Positions 28,115 through 39,900 are shown, counted from the first letter of the stretch. The stretch is DNA of 64,000 nucleotides from Gemmatimonas sp. (GCA_031414535.1 JANNVQ010000005.1:115331-179330); one strand, 5' to 3'. Notes: generated from the letters alone by a model not told the origin. A program made the numbers and translations.

Positions 28115-30487
28115 CTGCGCGTCGTGGTGATCGGTGGCGGTCCCGGTGGTCTGTACGCGGCTCTCCTATTGAAGAGGCGCCATCCCGACGCTGTTATCTC
28201 CGTCCACGAGCGCAATCGCGCCAACGATACCTTCGGCTGGGGCGTGGTCCTGTCGGACCAAACGGTGGACAACCTCCGCGCCGCTGACCCCGAAAGCGGA
28301 CGTCGCATCGCCGACGCCCTGCACCGCTGGGACGACATCGCCATTCACTTCGAGGGCGAGACCATCCGCTCCGGCGGACACGGCTTCTCCGGTATCGGGC
28401 GCCAGCGGATGCTCAGCATCCTGCAGGAGCGTTGCGCTGAGCTCGGCGTCGCGCTGCAGTTCCAAAACGAACTGCCGGATGATCTTGATGCGCTCGTTTC
28501 CGCCGAGCATCCCGATCTCATCATCGCGGCCGACGGACTGAACAGCCGCATTCGCGATCGCTACGCCAGCACCTTCAAGCCGGACCTAGACACGCGCCGC
28601 TGCCGCTATGTGTGGCTCGGTACGCCGCGCACCTTCGACGCCTTCACCTTCGCCTTCAAAGAAACCCCGCAGGGCTGGTTCCAAGCCCACGCGTATCAGT
28701 TCGATGGCGAGATGAGCACCTTCATCGTGGAGACGCCGCAGGAGAACTGGGAGCGCGCAGGACTCGGCGAAATGTCCGCCCAAGACTCCATCGCCTTCTG
28801 CGAGCGGCTCTTCGCTGATCAGCTCCAAGGCGCGCCGCTCATCAGCAACGCCAAACACCTGCGCGGGTCGGCGCAGTGGATCCGCTTCCCGCGAGTAACC
28901 TGCGAGTCATGGATTCACTGGCTGGCAGATGGCTCTCGGCCCGTTCCCGTCGTCCTGCTTGGCGACGCGGCACACACAGCGCACTTCTCGATTGGTTCGG
29001 GCTCCAAGCTTGCCCTCGAAGACGCCATCGCACTCGATGCCATCCTCGCCGCGGAGCCGAATCGCGAGAAGGCGTTCGCTCGCTACCAGGCTGAACGCTC
29101 CGTAGAGGTACTGAAGCTCCAGAACGCCGCTCGCAACTCCACGGAATGGTTCGAGTCGGTGTCGCGCTACGCCACGCTGGAGCCGGAGCAGTTTGCGTAC
29201 TCCTTGCTCACCCGCTCGCAGCGCATCTCGCACGAGAACCTCCGCGTGCGCGACGCCGCATACGTGTCCGCGTTTGAACGCTGGTTCGCCGAGCGCAGTG
29301 GCATGCCACTGGAGAGCAAGAAGCCCGCCCCACCACCACTGCTCACGCCCTTCACTTTGCGTGGACTCACGCTCAGGAACCGTGTGGTGGTCTCGCCGAT
29401 GGCGCAGTACTCGGCCAACACCGATGGCTCCGTTGGCGATTGGCATCTCGTGCACTTGGGTGCACGCGCCACGGGTGGTGCGGCATTGGTGATGGCGGAG
29501 ATGACCTGCGTCGCAGCGGACGCGCGCATCACGCCGTGGTGCCCAGGTCTCTGGAACACGGAACAGCGTGACGCGTGGGCACGTATCGTGCGATTCGTGC
29601 ACGAGCACAGCGGCGCGAAGATTGGCATGCAGCTTGGCCACGCTGGCGCCAAAGGCTCGACCAAGAAGATGTGGGAAGGCATTGATCAACCCCTGCCAGA
29701 TGGTAACTGGCCGCTGATTGCGCCGAGCGAGGCGCAGTACTTGAAGGGCGTGTCACAGCGTGCTCGCGAGATGACCCGCGCCGACATGGACCGTGTGCGC
29801 GAAGAGTTCGTGCAGGCCGCGCGCTTGAGCGCCGACGCCGGGTTTGACTGGTTAGAGTTGCACTGCGCGCACGGCTACTTACTCTCCGCCTTCCTCTCGC
29901 CGCTGACTAACCATCGCCGTGACGAGAACGGCGGCTCGCTCGAAAACAGGGCGCGCTACCCGCTCGAGGTATTCAAGGCGGTGCGACATGTGTGGCCCGC
30001 CCAAAAGCCAATGTCCGTGCGCATCTCCGCGCACGATTGGGTGCCAGGCGGCAACACCGGCGACGAAGCCGTGGCTATCGCCGTGCTGTTTAAGCAGGCC
30101 GGTGCAGATGTGATTGACGTGAGCGCCGGCCAAGTGGTGAAGGAAGAGCGCCCAGTGTTCGGCCGTATGTGGCAGACGCCACTCGCCGACCGTGTGCGCC
30201 AAGAGGCGGAGATTGCGACCATCGCCGTCGGTGCCATCACAGATGCAGATCAAGCCAATGGCATCATCGCCAGCGGACGCGCGGATCTCGTAGCCATTGG
30301 CCGTCCGCACTTGGTCAATCCTGGGTGGACGCTCACGGAGAGCTCCAAGTTTGGCTTTGCGGGCACTGACGCCCTCTGGCCGCCGCAGTACAAAGCCGCC
30401 AAGCTCCAGTTGGACCGATTGATGGAACGCGAGCGCGCCACGCTGGCCGCCGCGTCGGCTGCACCACCTACAGGAGAACTGACGTGA
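28115..30487 (+). CDS. abmA: 2-aminobenzoyl-CoA monooxygenase/reductase (bifunctional salicylyl-CoA 5-hydroxylase/oxidoreductase family)
   Basis: N-terminal GGGPGG FAD monooxygenase ('TFGWGVV', 'GDAAHTAHFSIGSG') fused to an Old Yellow Enzyme domain ('SPMAQY', 'ELHCAHGYLL'); start probably CTG 28115, else GTG 28124. Confidence 0.88.
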   Translation: MRVVVIGGGPGGLYAALLLKRRHPDAVISVHERNRANDTFGWGVVLSDQTVDNLRAADPESGRRIADALHRWDDIAIHFEGETIRSGGHGFSGIGRQRMLSILQERCAELGVALQFQNELPDDLDALVSAEHPDLIIAADGLNSRIRDRYASTFKPDLDTRRCRYVWLGTPRTFDAFTFAFKETPQGWFQAHAYQFDGEMSTFIVETPQENWERAGLGEMSAQDSIAFCERLFADQLQGAPLISNAKHLRGSAQWIRFPRVTCESWIHWLADGSRPVPVVLLGDAAHTAHFSIGSGSKLALEDAIALDAILAAEPNREKAFARYQAERSVEVLKLQNAARNSTEWFESVSRYATLEPEQFAYSLLTRSQRISHENLRVRDAAYVSAFERWFAERSGMPLESKKPAPPPLLTPFTLRGLTLRNRVVVSPMAQYSANTDGSVGDWHLVHLGARATGGAALVMAEMTCVAADARITPWCPGLWNTEQRDAWARIVRFVHEHSGAKIGMQLGHAGAKGSTKKMWEGIDQPLPDGNWPLIAPSEAQYLKGVSQRAREMTRADMDRVREEFVQAARLSADAGFDWLELHCAHGYLLSAFLSPLTNHRRDENGGSLENRARYPLEVFKAVRHVWPAQKPMSVRISAHDWVPGGNTGDEAVAIAVLFKQAGADVIDVSAGQVVKEERPVFGRMWQTPLADRVRQEAEIATIAVGAITDADQANGIIASGRADLVAIGRPHLVNPGWTLTESSKFGFAGTDALWPPQYKAAKLQLDRLMERERATLAAASAAPPTGELT

Positions 30488-31245
30488 GCGCACTCGCTGG
30501 CCAGCACGCACTTGTCACTGGAGCCAACCGCGGCATTGGCGCCGCCATCGTGCGCGCGCTTGCCGCCGAGGGCGCCAACATCACGTTGATGGTGCGCGAC
30601 CGTGCGGCCGCCGAGAAGGTGGCGGCGACCGTCAAGGTAAAGACGCACATCGTCACGGCCGATGTCAGCGACCGCGCGGCTGTGCAGGCGGGTTGTGCAT
30701 CTGCGGTGGCGGCGCTCGGCGCGGTAGACATCCTCGTCAACAATGCGGGCACCGTCGAGACGATTCCCTTCCTGAAGGTCGCACCCGAGGTGTTCACCGA
30801 GATGTACGCGGTGCACGTGATGGGTGCGGTGTACACCGCGCAGGCTTTGTTGCCCGCGATGGTGCAACGCGGCCACGGACGCGTAATCAACGTGGCGAGC
30901 GTTGCGGGGCTCCACGGCGCTCCGTACGTGGCGCACTATGTGGCCGCGAAGCACGCACTCGTCGGACTCACGCGTGCACTGGCGACCGAGTTTGTATCCA
31001 AGGGCATCACTGTCAACGCCGTGTGTCCGGGTTACGTGGATACGGATCTCGTCAGCGGCTCGCTCGTGCGCATCGCCGCCAAGACCGGACTCAGCGAAGC
31101 CGACGCCATGCAAGCGATTTTGAAGGACGCCGGCCAGCCCCGCATCGTACGGCCAGAAGAGGTGGCCAACGCGGTGCTGCACTTCTGCAGCGGCTCCGGA
31201 GCCAAGGCCAACGGCGAGACGTTCGTCTTGATGGGCCAAGACTGA
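30484..31245 (+). CDS. SDR family oxidoreductase (3-hydroxyacyl-CoA dehydrogenase-like)
   Basis: TGANRGIG, NNAG, YVAAK; operon context. Confidence 0.88.
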   Translation: MSALAGQHALVTGANRGIGAAIVRALAAEGANITLMVRDRAAAEKVAATVKVKTHIVTADVSDRAAVQAGCASAVAALGAVDILVNNAGTVETIPFLKVAPEVFTEMYAVHVMGAVYTAQALLPAMVQRGHGRVINVASVAGLHGAPYVAHYVAAKHALVGLTRALATEFVSKGITVNAVCPGYVDTDLVSGSLVRIAAKTGLSEADAMQAILKDAGQPRIVRPEEVANAVLHFCSGSGAKANGETFVLMGQD

Positions 31246-31742
31246 TGGGCATTGCCTCCGTGCGACTCCCCGACACTGAGGCGAATCTCGCGCAGGATGA
31301 GCACGAGGGCCTGCGTCTCTGGCTGCGTCTCTTCACCACCACCTCGATGGTCGAGCGCATGGTGGATTCGGCGCTCAAGCGAGACTTCGGGTCTTCGCTC
31401 CCGCGCTTTGACTTGCTCGCGCAACTGCATCGCGCGAGTGACGGACTGCGTATGGGAGAACTTTCCGAGCGGATTCTCGTCACGAATGGCAGCGTGACCT
31501 GGCTGGTGACCGCCCTTGAGCGCGAGGGCTATGTCAAACGCAAGGCGGCAGCTGATGATCGTCGCGCGACCGTGGTGCGCCTCACGGCCGCCGGTCGCCG
31601 CCACTTCGAGACGATGGCCCGCGCACACGAAGCGCTCATCGTCTCGCTGTTCCAAGACCTCAGCGCCGAGGAACGCCGCGAACTCCACAGCGCACTCGGC
31701 GTCGTTAAAGACCGCTTTCGCCCCATCAAGGACGAGCAATGA
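31245..31742 (+). CDS. MarR family transcriptional regulator
   Basis: 'LRLWLRL', '[11 protein letters not shown]', '[12 protein letters not shown]'; ATG overlaps the upstream TGA. Confidence 0.9.
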   Translation: MGIASVRLPDTEANLAQDEHEGLRLWLRLFTTTSMVERMVDSALKRDFGSSLPRFDLLAQLHRASDGLRMGELSERILVTNGSVTWLVTALEREGYVKRKAAADDRRATVVRLTAAGRRHFETMARAHEALIVSLFQDLSAEERRELHSALGVVKDRFRPIKDEQ

Positions 31743-32542
31743 TTGCCCCCAAGCATTTCCTCTGGTCCGCGAGCGCCGACGGCCGGGTAGGCACCATCAC
31801 ACTCAACAGGCCTGAGCGCAAAAACCCGCTCACCTTCGAGTCGTACGCTGAGTTGCGGGATCTCTTCTTGAGCTTTCAGCACAACAAGGACCTGCGCGCA
31901 GTCGTACTCATCGGCAGCGGTGGCAACTTCTGTTCCGGCGGTGATGTGTTCGAGATTATCGAGCCGCTGACGAAACTGAGTGAGTCGGAACGGCTCGACT
32001 TCACGCGCATGACTGGCAGCCTCGTGCTCGCGATGCTTCGGGCACCACAGCCGATTGTCGCGGCGGTAGATGGTGTTGCCGCAGGTGCGGGCGCCATCCT
32101 CGCAATGGCCAGCGATATCCGTATCAGTACACCGCGCAGCAAGACCGCCTTTCTGTTCACGCGAGTCGGGCTCGCAGGCTGCGACATGGGAGCCTGCGCC
32201 ATCCTGCCGCGCATCATCGGCCAAGGACGTGCGGCCGAATTGTTGTACTCGGGTCGCTCGATGAGTGCGGACGAGGCGGAGCGCTGGGGCTTCTATACCT
32301 CGCTCGTCGAGCCCGATGCCCTGCTCGCTGAGGCACAGAAGCGGGCTGCGATGCTCGCCAACGGTCCGACCTTTGCGCACGCGATGACCAAGCGCATGCT
32401 GCTGGAGGAGTGGAGCGTTCCCCTCGATCACGCCTTGGAGATGGAAGCGCAGGCGCAAGCTGTCTGCATGGGTACGAGAGACTTCCGGCGCGCCTTCGAT
32501 GCATTCGCGGCGAAGCAGACGCCGGTCTTCGAGGGGAACTGA
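31739..32542 (+). CDS. Enoyl-CoA hydratase family protein
   Basis: '[10 protein letters not shown]', 'FCSGGDV', 'AAGAG'. Confidence 0.9.
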   Translation: MIAPKHFLWSASADGRVGTITLNRPERKNPLTFESYAELRDLFLSFQHNKDLRAVVLIGSGGNFCSGGDVFEIIEPLTKLSESERLDFTRMTGSLVLAMLRAPQPIVAAVDGVAAGAGAILAMASDIRISTPRSKTAFLFTRVGLAGCDMGACAILPRIIGQGRAAELLYSGRSMSADEAERWGFYTSLVEPDALLAEAQKRAAMLANGPTFAHAMTKRMLLEEWSVPLDHALEMEAQAQAVCMGTRDFRRAFDAFAAKQTPVFEGN

Positions 32543-32543
32543 C

Positions 32544-33707
32544 GTGAGCTCACATCTGAGTTGGCCCTTTTTCACCGAGCAGCACCGCGGCCTTGCGGGT
32601 GAAGTCTCGCGCTGGGCAGCAAGCCAGCACGTAGATCACGCCGACGCCGATGCGGCCTGCCGTAGCTGGGTGAAGCTGCTCGGCGGCGCGGGATTCCTGC
32701 GCTACTGCGTTCCGGCGGCGCATGGCGGCGCGCTGACGACACTCGATTCGCGCGCGCTGTGCATCTTGCGGGAGAACCTCGCGGAACACGATGCGCTCGC
32801 AGATTTTGCATTCGCCATGCAGGGCTTGGGCTCCGGCGCCATCACGCTTGCTGGCTCCGAGGCGATGAAGGCCACCTGGCTACCAAGAGTCGCACGTGGC
32901 CAAGCGATTGCGGCCTTCGCGCTGACTGAGCCAAATGCGGGGTCCGACGTCGCCGCGATGGCGACCACCGCGACGCCGACCAAGAAAGGCTGGCGGCTCG
33001 ACGGCAGCAAGACGTGGATCTCCAACGGCGGAATCGCCGACTTCTACTGCGTGTTTGCCCGTAGCAAGGCTGAGAGCACCGGCGCCAAGGGCATCACCGC
33101 CTTTCTCGTCCCGGCCGACACCAGGGGGCTGAAAATCGCCGAGCGGATTGAGACAATCTCGCCGCATCCACTCGCGACACTTGTGTTTGACGACTGCGAG
33201 ATTTCTGATGCGAATCGCATCGGCGCCGAAGGTGATGGCTTCAAGATCGCGATGCGCACGTTGGACATTTTCCGCGTATCCGTAGCCGCGGCGGCTGTGG
33301 GGTTTGCGCGGCGGGCGCTGCGCGAGACCATCGCCCGTGCCAATGAGCGCGCGATGTTTGGCAGCACGCTGGCCGCGCAGCCGCTCGCGCAGGCTATCAT
33401 CGGTGACATGGCCACGGACCTTGATGCAGCCGCTTTATTGACGTATCGCGCCGCTTGGCAACGCGACACCAGCGAGGCGCGCACAACGGCTGTAGCTGCG
33501 ATGGCAAAGCTTGCGGCCACGGAGCACGCCCAGACAATCATCGATCGCGCCGTGCAGTTGCACGGTGGTCTAGGTGTGCGGACTGGGCACATTGTCGAAC
33601 GTCTGTATCGCGACATCCGCTCTCTGCGCATCTATGAAGGAGCCACTGAAGTGCAGCGACTGATCATCGGACGCGAGACGCTGCAGTCATCCCCTTCCGC
33701 CAAGTAA
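32544..33707 (+). CDS. Acyl-CoA dehydrogenase
   Basis: '[12 protein letters not shown]', 'GSKTWISNG', 'IYEGATEVQ'. Confidence 0.92.
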   Translation: MSSHLSWPFFTEQHRGLAGEVSRWAASQHVDHADADAACRSWVKLLGGAGFLRYCVPAAHGGALTTLDSRALCILRENLAEHDALADFAFAMQGLGSGAITLAGSEAMKATWLPRVARGQAIAAFALTEPNAGSDVAAMATTATPTKKGWRLDGSKTWISNGGIADFYCVFARSKAESTGAKGITAFLVPADTRGLKIAERIETISPHPLATLVFDDCEISDANRIGAEGDGFKIAMRTLDIFRVSVAAAAVGFARRALRETIARANERAMFGSTLAAQPLAQAIIGDMATDLDAAALLTYRAAWQRDTSEARTTAVAAMAKLAATEHAQTIIDRAVQLHGGLGVRTGHIVERLYRDIRSLRIYEGATEVQRLIIGRETLQSSPSAK

Positions 33708-33718
33708 GGACTCTCGCG

Positions 33719-35380
33719 ATGCCCACGGCTGCGCCGAAAGACCTCGCACCGAGCGCACATCTCGACCACTGGCCGCGGCAACAGCTTCCCCCAGTGGATG
33801 AGTGGCCGGTGCTGCGACTGGAGGGCGTGTACCAGTACTCGCCGCAGCTGAATGCTGCAGTGGAGTTGCTCGATAAGGCGCTCAGCGAAGGGCACGCGAA
33901 CCACACGGCGCTCATCACCCCAGATGGGAACGGGGGATGGGCGCACACGAGCTACGCGGAGTTGGCGGTAGCGGTGGACGCACTGGCCCACGTGCTGGTC
34001 AGCGACATGGGCCTCGAACCCGGCAATCGCTTGCTGCTGCGCGGCTACAATGGTCGCTGGATGGCGATTGCGTGGCTCGCTGCTGTGAAAGCCGGACTCG
34101 TGGTCGTGACGACGATGCCGCTCCTGCGCACCAAGGAGTTGCGCGTCATCCTCGAGCGCGCCAATTGCCAAGCGGCACTCTGCGACATTCGCTTGGCCGA
34201 CGAATTGCGCGCGGCGTCTGAAGCACCGACCAGCCTACAGGCGATGCGGCTCTGGGGCGGCGATGATGCCGATGGCCTCGAGGCGCTGATGGCGAAGCCG
34301 CGCGGCCCATTCCGCGCGATTGAGACGAGCCGAGACGACGTCTGCCTGATTGCCTTCACCTCCGGCACCACGGGCGTACCCAAAGGGTGCATGCACTTCC
34401 ATCGCGACGTGATGGCGATGTGCGATGGCTTCGCCAAGCAGGTTCTGAACGTGACGCCGACTGATCGCTGCATTGGTACGCCACCCTTGGCGTTCACGTT
34501 TGGACTCGGCGGCCTCCTCTGCTTCCCGCTGGCCGCTCGCGCCACCGCAGTGCTCGTGGAAAAGGCGACGCCCGAGTCGCTACTCGATTCTTTAGAGCAA
34601 ACACAGGCGACGGTGAGCTTCACTGCACCTACGTTTTACCGCGCGATGTCTTTGGCCATCCAGAAGGAGCCGCAGCGATGGCGTACGAGTTCGCTTCGCG
34701 CGTCCGTGTCTGCCGGAGAGGCCTTGCCCGATGCCACACGCACGCTCTGGCGCGAAGCCACTGGCGTGGAGATGCTCGATGGCATCGGCGCTACCGAGAT
34801 GATTCACATCTTCATCGCGGCGGCGGGCAAAGACGTGAGGCATGGCGCGATTGGAAGAGCGGTGCCTGGCTATGAGATTGCCATTCTCGATGACGCACTC
34901 GAGCCCCTGCCGACCGGAAGCGTTGGCCGCTTAGCAGTCCGCGGTCCCACTGGCTGCCGTTATTTGAACGACCCGCGCCAGCGCGACTATGTGCGCGGTG
35001 GCTGGAACCTTACCGGCGATGCGGCGATGATGGATACCGACGGCTACGTGTTCTTCAAGGCCCGCACGGATGATCTCATTATTTCGTCCGGCCACAACAT
35101 CGGTGCGCCGGAAGTCGAGGCCGCCGTGCTCCAACACGAGAGCGTCGCGGAATGTGCCGTGGTGGGCGTGCCGGATGAAGAGCGTGGCCACGCCGTGAAG
35201 GCCTTCGTGGTGCTCAAAGCTGAATACACCGCGAGCACCGAGCTCGTGAAGACGCTGCAGGACTTCGTAAAGGCTACCATTGCGCCGTACAAGTACCCGC
35301 GCCACGTCGAGTTTGTGGCCGCACTTCCTAAAACAGACACGGGCAAGCTTCAGCGCTTTCGTCTCAAGGAGATCCAGTGA
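33719..35380 (+). CDS. abmG: 2-aminobenzoate-CoA ligase
   Basis: AMP-binding 'FTSGTTGVPKG', 'DGIGATEMIHIF', 'APYKYPR', 'TGKLQRF'; abm operon context. Confidence 0.82.
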   Translation: MPTAAPKDLAPSAHLDHWPRQQLPPVDEWPVLRLEGVYQYSPQLNAAVELLDKALSEGHANHTALITPDGNGGWAHTSYAELAVAVDALAHVLVSDMGLEPGNRLLLRGYNGRWMAIAWLAAVKAGLVVVTTMPLLRTKELRVILERANCQAALCDIRLADELRAASEAPTSLQAMRLWGGDDADGLEALMAKPRGPFRAIETSRDDVCLIAFTSGTTGVPKGCMHFHRDVMAMCDGFAKQVLNVTPTDRCIGTPPLAFTFGLGGLLCFPLAARATAVLVEKATPESLLDSLEQTQATVSFTAPTFYRAMSLAIQKEPQRWRTSSLRASVSAGEALPDATRTLWREATGVEMLDGIGATEMIHIFIAAAGKDVRHGAIGRAVPGYEIAILDDALEPLPTGSVGRLAVRGPTGCRYLNDPRQRDYVRGGWNLTGDAAMMDTDGYVFFKARTDDLIISSGHNIGAPEVEAAVLQHESVAECAVVGVPDEERGHAVKAFVVLKAEYTASTELVKTLQDFVKATIAPYKYPRHVEFVAALPKTDTGKLQRFRLKEIQ

Positions 35381-35775
35381 GTCAGCACACCCTGCAGCCT
35401 GATGGTTGGGCGCGCCCTAGAGGCTACGCCAACGGCGTCTCGGCGCGCGGCCGCACCATCTTCGTCGCTGGACAGATTGGCTGGGACGCACAGCAACAAC
35501 TCGTGTCCGGCGATTTGGTCGCGCAGGCGCGGCAGGCACTCGCCAACATTGTGGCGGTGCTGGCCGTTGATGGTGCAAAGCCCGAGCACATCGTGCGCCT
35601 GACGTGGTATGTCACCAGTCGTACCGACTACCTTGCGGTAGCGGAGCCACTGGGTGCCGCATATCGGGAGATGATTGGACGACACTTTCCCGCGATGACG
35701 GCTGTTGAAGTGTCGGCGTTGATGGAGCCTGGCGCCGTCGTTGAGATTGAAGCCACTGCCGTTATCCCTGACTAA
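35377..35775 (+). CDS. RidA family protein (abm-cluster type)
   Basis: 'LQPDGWARPRGYANG', 'AGQIGWD', 'FPAMT', 'VEIEATA'. Confidence 0.88.
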   Translation: MSQHTLQPDGWARPRGYANGVSARGRTIFVAGQIGWDAQQQLVSGDLVAQARQALANIVAVLAVDGAKPEHIVRLTWYVTSRTDYLAVAEPLGAAYREMIGRHFPAMTAVEVSALMEPGAVVEIEATAVIPD

Positions 35776-35781
35776 CACACG

Positions 35782-36921
35782 ATGACTCACGCAGAAATCA
35801 CCGGCTGGGGCAAGTGCATGCCCCCCGCAACGCTGAAGAATGACGACCTCGCGACCTTCCTCGACACCAACGATGAGTGGATCATCTCGCGTACGGGAAT
35901 GAAGGAGCGTCGCATCTCGCATGTGTCGGCGGTGGAGCTGAGCACGATCGCCGCATCGCGCGCGCTGGCCTGCGCCGGGCTCGAGGCCAAGGACGTGGAC
36001 CTCATCATCTACGGCGGCGTCAGCAACGAGGAGCTGTGTCCTAACTCGGCGTCTGGCGTGCAACTCGCGCTTGGCGCCACCAAAGCGGCGAGCATTGACA
36101 TCAACACCGCCTGCACGAGCTTCTGCTACGGCTTGGCCACTGCGACCGCGATGATTCGTACCGGCATCGTGAAAAACGCCGTGGTGATTGGCGTGGAGCT
36201 CATCTCGCGCTACATGGATTGGAGCAATCGTAATGTGGCCGTGCTTTTCGGGGATGGCGCCGCCGCCGTGGTGCTGCAAGCGAGCGAGAACGAAGTGGGC
36301 ATGGTGGAAGCCGTGCTCGGCTGCGACGCCGAGGCGCGCGATTCGTTGCGCGTGCGCGGCTTCGGCTGCGGATACTCGGGCCTCGGCATCACCTTCGGCG
36401 ACACGCTGTGGGATTTTGATGGTCAGGTCATCTTCAAGCGCGCCGTTCACGGCATGGCCGACGCGTCCAAGCGGGTCATGGAATCGCGGCAGCTCAGTGC
36501 GGACGACATCTCGCTGGTGGTGCCGCACCAAGCCAATCTCCGCATCATCGAGTCGGTGGCCAAGTATGCCGGCATCCCGATGGAGAAGGTGATGCTGACC
36601 GTGCAGAAGTACGGCAACATGAGCGCGGCCACTGTGCCGGTGGCGTTGGTAGAGGCATTAGAGGAAGGGCGGGTCAAGCCGCACAGTTGGTTGCTGATGC
36701 CTGCCTTCGGTGGCGGACTTACCTACTGCGCCCTGCTGGTGAGGTGGGGCGCCCGTGTTACACCCCTAGGCCAGAGCGCGATGGAGCTGCCGCCGTTGAC
36801 GGAGACGGCTCTGGAACTCGTGAACCGAGTGCGTTCTGGACAGGATCCGCACGGTCGTTCGAAGGCGGGATTAATGGCCCCGGCCTTTGCGAAACCCGCT
36901 CAGGTACCAGCAGGGGTTTAG
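35782..36921 (+). CDS. fabH: Beta-ketoacyl-ACP synthase III (FabH-like)
   Basis: Cys-His-Asn triad motifs 'TACTSF', 'PHQAN', 'YGNMSAA'; 'LFGDGA'. Confidence 0.85.
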   Translation: MTHAEITGWGKCMPPATLKNDDLATFLDTNDEWIISRTGMKERRISHVSAVELSTIAASRALACAGLEAKDVDLIIYGGVSNEELCPNSASGVQLALGATKAASIDINTACTSFCYGLATATAMIRTGIVKNAVVIGVELISRYMDWSNRNVAVLFGDGAAAVVLQASENEVGMVEAVLGCDAEARDSLRVRGFGCGYSGLGITFGDTLWDFDGQVIFKRAVHGMADASKRVMESRQLSADDISLVVPHQANLRIIESVAKYAGIPMEKVMLTVQKYGNMSAATVPVALVEALEEGRVKPHSWLLMPAFGGGLTYCALLVRWGARVTPLGQSAMELPPLTETALELVNRVRSGQDPHGRSKAGLMAPAFAKPAQVPAGV

Positions 36922-36986
36922 CGTCTATCGGGGATGGTCGCGCGGCGGTACATTCGCGCCGTGCGGCCATCCTACTCGAGAGGCAC

Positions 36987-39900
36987 GTGGCGACCAAGAA
37001 GCGCGGTACCAAACGCAGTACCAAACGTAGTACGAAGCCGGCAGTGAATACCGCGAAGAGACGCGTAAAGAAACCCGTTGCGAAGAAGGTCGCGAAAAAG
37101 ATTGCGAAGAAGGTCGCGAAAAAGGTCGCGAAAAAACTCGCAAAGAAAGCCACGAAGAAGGCGACCAAGCGCGTTGCGAAGACGCCGATTTCCAAGGCCG
37201 CCAAGCCACGCCTCAGAATTGACGACGCCACGGCCCGACGCCAGTCCGCGCTCCTGCGCCTGAGTTCCGCTATCGCCGCCGCGACTTCCGAACAAGAAAT
37301 CTGCCAGAACGTCGTCAACGGCCTGCGCGACGAGGCCCTGGGCTACAACTTCCTCGGCGTCTTCCTCATTGAGCCCGTCACCGGCGATCGCGTGCTCGTC
37401 GCTTCGGTTGGCTGGACTACCGCGCCCAAGGGCTTCCGGCTCGAAAAGGGGCACGGCATCACCGAGCGTGCCGTCCTCGAGAAGCGCCTGCACTACACCG
37501 CCGAAGTCCGCGGCGAGTCTGCCTACGAGCCCACGCTGAATAGCGGCAGCGAAGTAGATGTACCGCTCGTGATTGACCACGAAGTCATCGGTGTGTTGGC
37601 CGTAGAGAGCACGGAGCCCAACGCCTTTGACGCCAGCGACTTTGAAATTCTCACGGCAGCCGCCAATCAGGCCAGCATCGCCATTGCCCGCGCCCGCTTG
37701 CTCGTGGCCCAGCAGCAACGCGCCGACGAACACGAGGCCGTCTTGGCCTCAATGGCGGATTTGCTCACGCAGCGCGAGTTGCCGCAGACCTTGAAGGCCA
37801 CGTTGCAGCGCGCCGTCTCACTGCTCGGTGTGACCGGTGGAGAGCTCGCCATCTACGACTCCAAGACGCAGGAGTTGGTGGTGGCCGCGAGCCACCACGT
37901 TGGCATGGAAACCACGGGCATTCGCCTCAAGCTTGGCGAAGGTGCCATGGGCCTCTCCGCGCAGTCACGCGAACCGCTCATCATCCCGGACTATCACGCG
38001 TGGATTGGGAAGTCCGGCAAATACTCTGACGTCCCTGTGCGCTCGGTGGTCGCCGCTCCGCTCTTGATTGACAATCGCTTGGTGGGCGCGATTGCCATCG
38101 TGGATGCCAACGAGAACCGTAACTTCGGCGCCGACGACCTTCGCCTGCTCAATCTCTTCACGCCACAGGCGGCTATCGCCATCGAAGGCGCACGCCTCTA
38201 CGAGGAAGCCGCCCGCCAACGCGAGTTCTTTCGCTCGTTGCTCAACAACTCTCCCGTCGCCATCGTTCAGCTGGATCCCGACTACAACGTGGCGTCCTGC
38301 AATCCCGCATTTGAACTGCTCTTCGGCTATTCCGAAGCTGAGGCGCGCGGGCGCAATCTCGACGAACTGATCACGGATAACTCCACGCTCGGCGAAGCCG
38401 CGCAGTACAGCCGCGACGCCGTGGACCGCGCCGTCAAAGGCATCGGACGGCGACGCCGCAAAGACGGCAGCACGGTGGAGGTCGAGATCCTCGGCGTCCC
38501 CGTCATCGCCGACGAATCCCGCGTCGCGCTGATGGGCATGTACCACGACATCAGCGAACTCTCCGAGGCCCGCCGCGACGCCGAGGGCGCCAACCGCGCC
38601 AAGAGCCAGTTCCTCGCGAACATGAGCCATGAGCTCCGCACGCCGCTCAATGCCATCATCGGGTACAGCGAGATGTTGCAGGAGGAGGCGCAGGATGCCG
38701 GACTCGATTCCTTCGTCTCCGACCTCGCCAAGATTCACACCGCTGGCAAACACCTGCTCGCGCTCATCAATGACGTGCTAGATCTCTCTAAGATCGAAGC
38801 CGGCAAGATGGACCTCGTGCTTGAGACCTTCGACGTCGCCTCGATGCTCAGCGAGGTCACGACAACCATCAGCCCGATGGTGGCCAAGAACCACAACATG
38901 TTGAACGTGATGCGCGACGCCGACCTCGGCATCATGCACGCGGACCTCGTGAAGGTGCGGCAGATGCTGCTCAACCTGCTCTCCAACGCTTGTAAGTTCA
39001 CCGAGAACGGCAAGATCACGGTGGAAGTGCATCGGAGCGCTGAGCAAATCACCTTTGCCGTGCGCGATTCCGGCATCGGCATGACGCCGGAGCAGATGGG
39101 GCGTTTGTTTGAGTCGTTCAGCCAAGCCGAGTCGTCTACCTCGCGTCGGTACGGCGGCACTGGCCTTGGCCTCGCGCTCACACGACGCTTCGGCGAGATG
39201 ATGGGCGGCACGGTGACCGTGGAGAGCCAGCCGGGCGCGGGCTCCACTTTCACGATGCGCCTGCCCACCCGCATCGAACCCGCGCGCCGCGTCACCACGA
39301 CGCTGCGCGCCGCGGACATTCCCGAGCTGCAAGGTGATGGCAGTGCGGGCACCGTCCTCATCATTGATGATGACGAGGACGCGCGCCGGCTCCTGCGCAC
39401 CGTGCTCGTGGCCGACGGCTTCCACATCCTCGAGGCCACCGATGGTCCCAGCGGGCTCGCCGCGGCAATGGAGCACAGTCCCGACGCCATCACGCTCGAC
39501 ATCCTCATGCCTGGCATGGACGGCTGGGAAGTGCTGCAGCGCATCCGCGCCAACGACACGCTCGCCGACATACCGGTCATCATGCTCTCGGTGCTACACG
39601 AACAGCAGATGGCCTTCGCACTCGGCGCCACAGAGTACGTCACCAAGCCGATTGACCGCAGCCAACTCAAGCGCATCCTCCGCCGGCATCGCGACGACGG
39701 CAGCGGCGCCACCGTGCTCGTGGTGGAAGACGACCCCAGCGTGCGCGAGACCTTCCGCCGCGGATTGGAGCGTGAAGGCTGGGTGGTGGTGGAAGCGGAG
39801 AACGGGCACGTGGCGCTCGAGAAAATGGCCACCGTGACACCGGCCCTCATTTTGTTGGATCTCATCATGCCGGTGATGGACGGCGCCGCTTTCGTCTCAG

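Noticed and set aside
30693..31244. Long N-terminal extension or fusion on MarR
   Set aside because: Alternate-frame read-through over the SDR gene; the ATG at 31245 overlaps the SDR stop and gives a normal-sized MarR
36687..36986. Extra 100 aa at the kinase N-terminus in the ORF track
   Set aside because: Overlaps fabH; the RBS and GTG at 36987 make a better start
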